DNA from: Cycas panzhihuaensis
Taxonomy: Eukaryota; Plantae; Cycadophyta
Length of the DNA: 64,000 nucleotides
Direction: 5' to 3'
Assembly (NCBI GenBank): GCA_023213395.1
Contig: CM041465.1
Span: forward strand, 249,743,741 to 249,807,740
Below the pieces are notes generated by a model. It was not told the origin of the DNA, did not search any database, and saw only the letters and a program-made list of their open reading frames with translations. A program made the translations under genes and the position numbers. Of this stretch, positions 14,000-25,426 are shown in pieces (the stretch's first letter is position 1; each line of letters opens with the position of its first letter).

Positions 14000-15400
14000 T
14001 TCTAGTCTTGAGATTTCATTTGGTCCCTTGACCTTGTTTTTCCTATTGTAAACCTATTTAATCCTAGGTTTCCCCATTGGCAATGATTTCATTGCCTCTT
14101 CTCGGGTAGCATCCTCCAATTTCTTCTTTGCTATTATAAATTTATCAATTTCTATGTTGGGATTGGAGTAGTCATCTTCTACTTTTACTTTCTCCTTTTT
14201 GCTTTGTAAATTTATATTTTTTTGAGAATTAGGTACTATAGACATTACATTTATAGTTTTTCCTTTACCTTTACAATCCTATATTGGGTGGGTAGTTATC
14301 CATAATTTCTACATATATATGGCCATTCTTCATGCACTTTCACCATCAGGCACTCTAACTTCCAATGCCTAAACTCTAGGCATACCAAACATCTCCCATT
14401 GGAGGTTTCTTCTTAGAAGTTTTCAGTATCATATGGGTTATATAAATAGTTGTAGTCAAGTTATTTCCTTTACCTTGACCTTTGCCTCTTGAATTCTTTC
14501 CTTGTACATTAAAATAAAAATATTTTGTATTGTGATTATCCAAGTTGTAAATGGAACATGAAGAGTTTTTTTTCTTTGCCATTATGTTAAATTTGCATTC
14601 CTTAGTGGAGTGTGAACCTTTGTCATAAATGCGACACCATTTCTCCATGAAGGGTTCCTTCCCTCCATATTTTGCAACCTTTTCTTCTTCAAAATCTTAG
14701 GGTTTTTGCCCTTTGTAGTTTCAATTTGGTCACTTTCTTCCTTAGGTTTTCTACTTCTAAAGTTTCTTCTATTTTTATTATTTGGAAGGAAGATTTTTTT
14801 AGGTTTTAATTTATCAATTCTTATATCTCCTCTTGTAATCTCAATAATAAGGGATCATGCCTTACCTTTTTAGTATTAATCTCCTTCTCAAAATCCAAGG
14901 CCAACTCTTATGAATGCTAATATAATTTGAGAAGGTGGGCTACCATTATGGCATATAATTTCATGTGTAATGCATTGTTAAAATAGTTCCTTATATTATA
15001 ATTTATAATTTTTTTTACCTTTTATCTTATTTGGTGCTATAACATTTATTCTACCTATGTATGTTAAAAACAATTCTCTTGGCCTTCGCTTTGCCTCCCT
15101 AAGAGTTAATTCTTACCTTATTACTCTTGAATTTATGAAATATTTCTTCAAACTCCTTCTTAATATCTTCCCATGTCTTTGTTGGATCTAATTACTTGTA
15201 CCATACAAGAGGTACACCTCATAATGAGTAGGTAAATCTTGCCTTGATTTTATCCTCATTTATTATCATTTTTAGAGTCATTAGGTTCTAAAATAGATAT
15301 ATGTGCTCACCAACATCTGAACTATTATCAAATACAAGTCTTACAAATTCTCTATAGTCTGCCATCTTCAAATTACTTAGTGGTATTGTCCCCCTTGATG
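14000..15400 (-). pseudogene. Degraded gag of Athila-like element
   Basis: ORF 14376-14648 has zinc-knuckle relics WCRIYDKGSHSTKEC and CSIYNLDNHNTKY; position is upstream of the protease. Confidence 0.65.
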
Positions 15401-16254
15401 ATAATATTAGCAAAATAATTTACTCTCTTAGGGTGTACCTTTCTCTTTTAATATCCCCTTTAGACTAATATTTAATAGAGTTCTCTCCTAACTATTCCCT
15501 TTTCCAAATAATGGATTTTTAAAAGGTGTTTTCAAATGGATCAACTTTAGAATCCCTACTATTTATATTATCAACAAGGTTACAATCATAAATAACTACT
15601 CAAATTCCTTATTTAGTGAATCTTTAAATAATTATCTTATTAACTAATTCTCTCAATATTCCAAGGAACCTTCCTCCATCCTCTCCCTATGATTACTTAG
15701 GTCGTTTAGAGTAGAGTCCATAATTAGCTTTCCTCTTTTCTTGGGATTTCTACTTCTTCCTCCAAAGTATTCTCCTTAGAATATTTTTCTTCCTCTTTTA
15801 ATACTCTTTTTTTTTTCTTTGTAACCTTTTCTTATTCTCCTATGGTTTTTTATTTTTCCTCTAGGCTTAGTATGTCTAATTTGATTGGGGAAAGTGTTAT
15901 CACCATCAATTCTCTATGGTCTTCATTCCTTATTTCTTGTGGTGTCTAAGCACCACTTATCATAGATCCTTCTATAGATTGTCCTTTATTTTGGTAATTT
16001 TTCCTAATAATCATGCTTCTTGCCCTTGTAAGTTTCTTCTCATTTGCCCATCTTATAGGTCTTTATTTTCTTGATTATGGTATCCCCTTAGGTAAAAGTC
16101 TTTCAGGTGGCTCTTCTACCTTTGAAGGTCATTTAGGTGACATTAGAAGGTCCCCTAGTTATTATGGCTTAGTTAAAGTCTACCAAAAATATGGTGACTT
16201 GATCTTTGTGTATTAGAGAACTCTAACATCTCTCATTTTCTCTCGACTAATGGG

Positions 16255-16271
16255 CTTAGGCAATGAAACCA
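16255..16271 (-). other. Eroded primer binding site (tRNA-Asp-like)
   Basis: Minus strand TGGTTTCATTGCCTAAG adjoins the 5' LTR; resembles the Athila-type TGGCGCCGTTGCCGGGG after decay. Confidence 0.55.
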
Positions 16272-16273
16272 AA

Positions 16274-17995
<1,722 letters not shown>

Positions 17996-18174
17996 ATGAG
18001 ACACTTAATTATTAATATAGGTGGAGTAATAAAATTATAGCTCATGCCTATATATGAGAAATATTCCTTTTGGAATAGGTTTACAAGTAGAATTTATCTT
18101 AAATATTCCTGAACCACCTTAACTTGCTATAATTGCTTTAGGTGACTACTTACTAAAAATAAGAAAGAGGTGGA

Positions 18175-20732
18175 TGAAACGCTCCCTGCGGGGCGGTGAT
18201 CCTACGTCTAGCAAAGGGATATAAAACACCACACTGACTAGGCTAGGCAGCGAGGATCTCACCTCAGCAGACGTCCGTCTTGGCCGAGCACAGTTCGGGT
18301 CGCAAGGTGCCCGTTGCTTCCGGTGTAGTCGTGCAAAAGCGAGGCCTTCCTACCCTTCGGATGGACGGGAAGGAGAGGAGGCGCCTCGCGCATTGCGGCT
18401 TCTCAAGGCAGTGAGAAGGCAACGAAGGCAAGGGGGGACAACTGACCCAACGCACAAGCAAGTAAAAAAAGGATAGCTCAGGTTTGGCACAAAAGGGGGG
18501 TGTCTACACTATGCTATGTAAGCAAGAAACTAGTGCAGAAAAGTAAATGCAAGAAGCGTTTATTTATCCCTTTTTCCTTTATGTTTCCTTATCTTTTACC
18601 TATCAGGCAGACGTAAGAAGGCAAGAACGATATAAGAGGAAATACAAAGGAAACGCGAAGAAAACCTGGATCCGGCGTTTGAGGTCGAAGTACGGTTGAT
18701 CTCGCATTGTTTTCACTCCCTCTTTCTCCTTTCTCCACGCACGCAACGTCGGTTGACGGTGATAAGGGGGTTCACTTACCTCCCTGTGAGCATGCGAAAC
18801 CAAATAAAATGAAAGGACGAAAAGGAAGCTCAAAACTAAAAGAGAGAGAATACCGTACAGGAGCTAACCGGCAATGGGTTCGCTCCACGCGCCACCTCCA
18901 CCAACGCGATCTTGCAAGAGAGCACAAACAGCACCTTCCTCTTGAGGGAGAGGCTACAAAATATACAAGGAGATATATGTATATGTACTGCAAACTGAAG
19001 TCAACTTAGCTAAACAAACTAAGTTATATGTTAAAATGTGACAAAACGGAAACGAGAGCATATAAGATACTTTTACAGTACCAAATGCCGCAAACACACA
19101 AAGTGGAACTGGGTGTAGCCTCGAGATAGCTAACTCACCCACGGGAGGTCTCCAAAGGGGCCCGGGAAAGGAATCTTTGGGTGGTAACAAAGGTGGATAC
19201 GGGTTGTCTCAAACCGGTCCAGACACCCTGACACAATCTCCTAAACTCCTTCGACCCGTTCCTTAGGACAGCGTGTATGGTAAGGGGAAGAGGACAAGGG
19301 ACGGAACCCTTGGGGAGAAGGACAAAGAATGGGGGACTAACCCGCCTATCTCCCTCAAATCCTCGTGTATGCTCCCTTACTCTAGCTGACTGAGGAAAGA
19401 ATGGAAGAAGGCTTGGAGAAAGTGAGGGACCCCAAATAAAAACTGGGAAAATGGATTTGGGTCAAGGTAGGACTACGGAGCTATTTATGGCCAATGGTAG
19501 CTACTTTCATTCAAGGGGTAAAAGCAAAGGGAAAGAAGAGGTGGAATGCTTAACAATAAAAACAAGAAAAATGCAAGTATGTCCAAGGGTTTACAAGCAA
19601 AAAAGCAAAGGATATACAAGTAAAAGGAAGAAGAAATGCAAGAAAATACAAAAAAGTAAGTAAAGCTAAGGGGTACCTTGTGTAGAGAGGTCATGCATGC
19701 CTCCTACCACTAGGGACAAAGAAAGAATGGAGGTCAAATAAAGGCCGATCATGAGTGTTCCTCACGTAATGTGGGTGGAAGAAGCTCCTGGTAAGTTTGG
19801 AGCTATGGAGTGAGTCTTTGGGGTAGCTTCTTTGTTGGAGAAGTCCCTTGAATCTTTGTGCAGCTGCAAGAGGAAGAAAGCTGGTTGTGGAGAGTAGTAA
19901 GGGGCAGCAATGGCCCTACAAAATCCACTGGTGGCAGCCTAGTCCTCCCTCCTCAGTTGCTGTGCCTGAACTTCTTTGATTTCTGTGTCTTTTCTCTTGT
20001 CTTTTGTGGAGAGTTTTTCCTTAGAAGTCTTGGAAAATGAGCTCAAGAATCATGCAAATGAATAAAAAAAATCCTTTTATCTCTTGTTCACGATGAAGTG
20101 AACGTTGGGGACGCTGGGGCATCTCCATCAGACGGAGCCACGTGGCGCCTTAAAGTGAAAAAATGCGGAATCGTCGTGGTTCTCTTTTTAAATTTCGAAC
20201 AGTTGTACCGGCAAGAACTCAGTGGTGTGCAATTCTTCCGATCGCTTAGTTTACCGGTATCAACCTCGAAATTAAAAAGAGAAAAAATAAATAGAAAAAT
20301 CGTGTTTTGAGGTAAGAACAAAAACTAAACATGAATTACATCGCTTGGGGAAGGCCAGGCGGTGGAAAGTACCCAAAACAATGCAAAGAGCCCTAACTAA
20401 GGGTTAAACCGACTTAGGAAGGATCGCAACATAAGCGACATGTTGTAACAAGAACAAACAAGTCAAGAGATAATCCCAGAAACCGTGGAGACATCATGGG
20501 TGGTCAGACGCCATACGGTGTCGCATTCACGAGAATGCCCCTGTGAGTCGTCATAGTCAAGACGTCTTGGTTACATGCATTATAATGAGCAAACAAACAA
20601 ATGCATGTAGACATGCATATGTCAATCAAACTACTCTAAATTACCTTAATTAACATAGGTAAGAAAAGTAAGAACATATACCTGAACAAACCTGTCGATG
20701 CGTCTCGAGTCCATTCCCGATGGTAGGAAACA
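18175..20732 (-). repeat. 3' LTR of Tat element (2558 bp)
   Basis: Highly similar to 32181-34762; TG...CA termini; TATA-like CATAAATAG (minus) at 19481-19489. Confidence 0.96.
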
Positions 20733-21086
20733 TCGCCTTGGCAGCAGAGCCTCACTGCTTGGAAGCGTAATGTGATGGCGAATGCTGTCAATCAAAGATA
20801 TGAGTAGCACATGCATATATATATAAAACAATAAAGAGCGGCACGTGGACCAAGGGCATAGGCGAGTGTCGTGGCGGAACGCGTGGACAGGGGAGACGGA
20901 GACGAGGACAACGTAGGGGCTGCCTACGTGTCGCCTAAACATCGACCTGAAACTGAAATAAGCAGTAAAACGGGATGCCCCCATTGCCAAGGTGCAACGT
21001 GAAGTAAGAGGGCATCCAACAAAGTAGAGCAGGCACATCTAACTAACAGCAACTGGAGGCTTGGGCACGGGCCGGCCAGGCAAGCC

Positions 21087-21509
21087 TCAAGGGCGGTCGT
21101 CTAGAAGAGGGAGGCGACGCTCAAGGATGAGGCAGACGAGGCTGTCAGCCTCAGCGTTGAGGTGCCTCGGGATATGCTGGATATCCACTGACGAGAAACA
21201 AGCCAGAAGAGACCTGGCGGCAGACGCAAGGGTTCTCAGATGAGGGCATCGCACCTGGTAAACCTGGGTGAGATGGGACACCACGACCTGAGAATCGTAA
21301 AACAACACAATGGGACCGCGATGGAAATGGAGAGCATCCGTAAGGGCTTCAATAACGGCCGTGTACTCGGCTTCGTTATTGGTAGCCTTGGGAAGAAAGA
21401 CTCCGGAACGCAAGTAATCGTGTCTAGAGGGACTGCGAAGAATCCACGCAGCGGCGGAAGGTCCGGGGTTGCCGCGACTTCCACCATCGGTGAAAACGAG
21501 GAGAGACAT
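21087..21509 (-). CDS. Stand-alone archaeal-type ribonuclease HI (aRH), 140 aa, intact
   Basis: Motifs FTDGGSRGNPG, ATNNEAEY, FYDSQVV and HIPRHLNAEAD give a complete D-E-D-R-D catalytic set. Own ATG in GCCATG context; in-frame TAG 4 codons upstream, so not a fusion. Confidence 0.93.
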   Translation of the reverse strand: MSLLVFTDGGSRGNPGPSAAAWILRSPSRHDYLRSGVFLPKATNNEAEYTAVIEALTDALHFHRGPIVLFYDSQVVVSHLTQVYQVRCPHLRTLASAARSLLACFSSVDIQHIPRHLNAEADSLVCLILERRLPLLDDRP

Positions 21510-21525
21510 GGCTGGATACTAGGCT

Positions 21526-21623
21526 CTGGCAGCAAACAAATATCGACGCAAGCAAAAACAAAGAATCAAATAGCAAGCGCGAAGCAGGGCGAGAAGGGTA
21601 GGAGGACCTAGTAATGAGGTTAC
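21526..21623 (-). other. Putative 98-nt intron in the 5' UTR of the aRH gene
   Basis: Minus strand CAG|GTAACC donor at 21623; U-rich tract TTCTTTGTTTTTG...TTTGTTTGCTGCCAG| acceptor at 21526, 16 nt before the ATG. Confidence 0.65.
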
Positions 21624-22035
21624 CTGAAAACGAGAGCAAGCAATCCGGCCACTGACTGAGAGTGGGTGGAGAAAAGACATCCTGGAGTCCCAAAAGTTGC
21701 ATTGGGAAGCCAAAATATGCCCCCAGACGGGGGAGCATTTCCTTTGGGGACCCCAGGGGCGAAAAAGGGTTGCGAAAATGAGTCCAGGGCGGCGAAACGA
21801 GCCAAACGAGTATAAACTCGGGCATGCACGGGAGCAACACAGAAAAGCAGACAAAGGGCCATGCCAAAAGTGCAAAAATGAGGCGCCATAAATGCTTCTG
21901 CAAGAGAAGGCAGAAAGGGCGTCCATAAAGCACAATGGGCAACAGGGCCAGGAGGCAAAGACTATCAAAGGGACGAGACGGTCCCAACGACTATCACAGA
22001 GCCAGAAACGGAAGAAGTGCCCGCCGAGGCCCTCG

Positions 22036-22046
22036 CCTATATAAGG
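22036..22046. promoter_or_regulatory. Near-palindromic TATA box (CCTATATAAGG), candidate bidirectional internal promoter
   Basis: Reads TATATAA (+) and TATATAG (-); pyrimidine-rich initiator-like patches 20-30 nt downstream on both strands; lies between the divergent aRH and PMD-like genes. Confidence 0.55.
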
Positions 22047-22228
22047 AAAACTAATGAAAATTGGATTCATTTTCACCGCCTCTTGTGCGAAACCAGAGCC
22101 TTTTTCTCACGACGCGGAGTGCTACCCGATTTCAGAGGCATGCAGGGGACGATCCGACCGTCGGATTCGAGCGAGGAGACAGTCATCACGATCCCAGAGA
22201 CGAGATGGCGACAGTTAGGCCAGATCCA

Positions 22229-22327
22229 GTGAGTGGATCTAACGTAACCTTCGTCATTTCAAAATTTGAAGTTTATTGCTTTTTAGTTAAATTTTTAACG
22301 CTTTTTATGCCCCTTATGGGCGGTTAG
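22229..22327 (+). other. Putative first intron of the antisense gene
   Basis: CA|GTGAGT donor, AT/U-rich body, TTAG| acceptor; another good acceptor TTTTGATTGCAG| at 22690. Confidence 0.5.
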
Positions 22328-23889
22328 AGGCCTCTCGGAGTCTGAATTGGACCCAGAAAGAGGCGGGGACCTGGGCATTAGGAAGCCCTGGTCCCGGTGG
22401 GCCCCTCGTGGTTTCCACCACAAAAATTTTTAATTTTCTAGGCCAAAAACCCCCTTTTTAGGGGGTTGCCGGCGGTACCATGTCGCGATCTTGGCCGCGG
22501 GATCGCTGCAGAAGACCGATCATGGGCCCGCCCCCAATTTTAGCTAGATCTTCTAAATTTGAGCAGACGCGACAAAAATCGAAAAGCAAAAAGGGCCAAA
22601 CAACCCCTGAAAACCAGAAAAGGGCACAGACAGTGCGGTAGGAGCCCGGAAGATCGCTAGGAACCGATTTGGATTGACTTTTGATTGCAGTGCTATCATG
22701 GTGGATAACCGTGAGAACGTTAGCATACCCATCCTGGGTTACCTGGAGATGGCGACAGAGGAGGAGGGTGGCGACCACAAGAGATGCAACTGTATAAGGC
22801 CCTAAAGACCCCTAGTTTGCATCGGATCACGGCTCTAGTGGACATAGTGTCGCCTTGACGATGGAGAAGGCACGTGTTTCACTTGCCTTAGATAGGAGAT
22901 ATCACCATCGCCCCAGAGGATATTAGACGGATCTTAGGGGTGCCAGCGACACGGAGACCTGTGAGACTGAGGACGCTGCCTAGCACCGAGGCAAAGGCAT
23001 ACGGAGGCGGCCGGTTCCTCACGGGCAGACAGTGGCAATGAGGGAGCTCCCCTCCAAACAGTACTCATGTCAGGGATTCCTCGGGTGAGGAAACTTATCT
23101 TGCTATGCATTCTATTCTGGATCTCCCAGAAACAGAACTACAGGGAGATCCCAGGAGGATGGGTGGATGCGGCACGCCAGTGTGAGGCTGATGAGAGGAT
23201 GGACTGGGCCACTCTAGTTGCGGCGAATCTCATCGCCCAACTAGATACTATTAGGAGATCAGGCAGAGGAGGATTTTCTTACAAGACGCTGTCGCAGTTG
23301 CTAGTTTTTATCATTTTGCGGCGGCGCCAGGGGGCCATTCCCCATAGCGAGGTGGGCCCCGATGGTCCAGTGTAGCGACGAGATTCCGTGAACAGAGGAC
23401 CCGTGCCCATGTCCGCCGGGCTTGCCGACGCGACATCACTCGACCTCCTCACTCTGACCGACTACATAGCAGAGCCATACATAGCGGTGAGGTGGGGGAG
23501 TGATGATGGAGCAGGAGGAGCAGGAGCACCCATCGACGATGACAGTGACGATGGGGGCGACGACAGTGATGATGAGGGTGATGGGGCCGGCCCATCACGA
23601 CCTGCGGGGGAGGCAGGTCCATCAAAGTCATCCGAGGACGCAGCAGGACCATCCGGGGCTGCCATAGGAGGGGTAGGCCCATCAGGAGCTGCCGAGACGA
23701 GCAGGGCGGCCAAGACCAGGGGGCGCAGGCTACGAATCGTGAGGAGATTCAGAGAGGCGAGGGTCGAGCCAGTCCCTGCCAGAGACGAGGCAGAGGCAGA
23801 GGATGTTCCAGAGGATGAGGTACCTGCAGCTGGCGGAGAGCCAGGAGATGAGGATATCACCCGAGCAGAGGATCCGGCGGCCATGACAG

Positions 23890-23997
23890 GTGAGACCTAA
23901 TCGTTTCCTTAGTCGTTTGACGTCTAGATAGACTTTGATTTCATTTTATGATACGCATCGATGATACACACTGACACATGACACGTTGCATTGACAG
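23890..23997 (+). other. 108-nt phase-1 intron of the antisense gene
   Basis: ACAG|GTGAGA donor, CTGAC branch point at 23971, TTGACAG|G acceptor. AT-rich island in GC-rich exons; splicing skips the TAA at 23898 and keeps the frame. Confidence 0.8.
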
Positions 23998-24639
23998 GTG
24001 GAGCGGAGGTCCAGCGGCTGGTCGAGGCCATGGTGAGGGAGTTGTTCCCTCAGGTCTACGCAGAGGGGCAACCGCCCATCCAGTGAGGACGCGCCCAGAC
24101 GGGCGGAGCCTACATGCAGGCATTCGCCCCATTGGTGAGAGCGAGAGACATCTGGGCTGCAGAGACCCAGGAGCACATGGCATTCCGGGGGCAGCTGCAG
24201 TGAGAGCTCGACGTGACCAGGGGCGAGCGAGATGAGCTGCGTGGACGGATCCAGGCCTTGGAGGCACAGAGCAGGCCAGGAGGAGATGCAGGGAGCAACA
24301 CTCGCCTAGCAGTCCTAAAGGAGCGCCTTAAGGCATCAGAGGAGAAGTTCAAAGCTATAGAGGAGGGACTTCGAGGCGAGAGGGATCGCATCCAGGTCCG
24401 CTACGACCAGCTGGTGGCGCAGATGGTCTCGAGGTTGAGCAGGAGCCGGACACACACACATACCGCGGCTACGACTCCGAGACGGCCTCGGGACGAGGAG
24501 AGTGAGGCGGGCAGCTCGCGGAGGCCTAGGAGGAGCCTCGCAGGGATGTGGTCCCCAGGAGAGGGATCACATGCACGGGACGGGACCCCGGGATCAGGAC
24601 AGCAGCAGTAGACTAGGAGACACATATGTATGATTTTGA

Positions 24640-24990
24640 CAGGAAAGCGCGGGCCTCCAGGGGGTCATATGTAGACTCACATGATTGTACTCCCCCTACA
24701 AGGATCCCGGCTTCCCACATACACGATGTACTATGACATTTTTGATATATATATACACGGGGTAATTGGAACCCCACTTTTGACATGAAGTGGTGTGTAT
24801 CATGTATGATAGAGATAGCATGTATGATTTATTTTTGTAAATGAATGATTTTTGTAATATGCTGCAAATGTTTGTATGTTGTAAATATTTGTATGTTGAT
24901 ATGTAAATATGTGAATGTGTAAATATGTACATTTTGTTGTAAAGTTTTGTAAATATGCAGGTGTTTCCTTCCATGTATGGCCATATGTCT
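24640..24990. terminator. AT/UG-rich region between convergent pol and antisense gene (probable polyadenylation region)
   Basis: Abrupt AT-rich stretch with repeated TGTA/TTTGTAA motifs after the antisense stop at 24611. Confidence 0.35.
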
Positions 24991-25237
24991 AACAGGAGCA
25001 CACACATCCACCGTAAGTAGAGGTGATCGAGAGGTGTGAGGTTAGAAATAGAGCGACATGCACGTCCACAGGGGAGCATAGCGGAATATGCGAAGGAAAC
25101 GACAAGCACGAAAAGGGGAGTAACGATACTCCATAGCGTCGTCCTAGTTGGGGGATGCCCAAATAGGAGGACAAAGGTTCCCAAGAGTGCACGGGAACGC
25201 GGGTTCCACGGGAGGAACCAGAAGGAGGAACGAGGGT

Positions 25238-25403
25238 CCACCTTAAATTGCCATTCAACCCGTGGCGGGGAGGAATGGGGACAATTCAAGGTGGTAGTTT
25301 AGGCTCGTTTCGGAGCAAGAATCCATCCTAAATTGCCATTCAACCCGTAGTTGGGAGGAATGGGGAACAATTTAAAATGGTAGTTTAAGCTCGTTTCGGA
25401 GCA
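25238..25403 (-). other. Two tandem ~85-nt structured RNA elements just after the integrase stop
   Basis: Copies at 25238-25317 and 25323-25403. 13-bp outer stem pairs fully only on the minus strand (G.U pairs), with one compensatory change between copies; inner CCAUUC/GAAUGG stem; GCUC-CGAAAC-GAGC hairpin. Confidence 0.75.
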
Positions 25404-25426
25404 TGGCGAAGAAAAGAGCGGAAAGA

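Larger units (their letters stand above)
22140..24611 (+). pseudogene. Antisense, intron-containing Plant Mobile Domain (PMD)-like gene with acidic linker and coiled-coil C-terminus, recently disabled
   Basis: ~22860-22965 reads RWRRHVFHLP*IGDITIAPEDIRRILGVPATRRPV, close to the PMD signature RW...FHLP.GE.TITLEDV..LLGLP. ORFs 23067-23375 (MDWATLVAANLIAQL) and 23388-23900 share a frame and join 24000-24611 in frame after intron 23890-23997. Stops are single TAG/TGA codons. 5' exon structure and start are uncertain. Confidence 0.75.

Noticed and set aside
18264-20321. Short ORFs inside the Tat LTRs (mirrored at 32265-34297)
   Set aside because: No recognisable domains; duplicated only because the LTRs are duplicated.
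21087-21509. aRH as bacterial or archaeal contamination, or as a host rnhA gene
   Set aside because: It lies between the paired LTRs of a TSD-flanked element, has plant-type intron signals, and aRH is an established Tat-clade domain.
21424-22076. 187, 185 and 112 aa minus-strand ORFs upstream of aRH
   Set aside because: Overlapping, low-complexity Leu/Phe/Cys-rich frames across a pyrimidine-rich leader and intron; no motifs.
25238-25403. Hammerhead ribozyme or CRISPR-like interpretation of the tandem hairpins
   Set aside because: GAAAC is present but there is no CUGAnGA core; only two units with no unique spacers; eukaryotic TE context.
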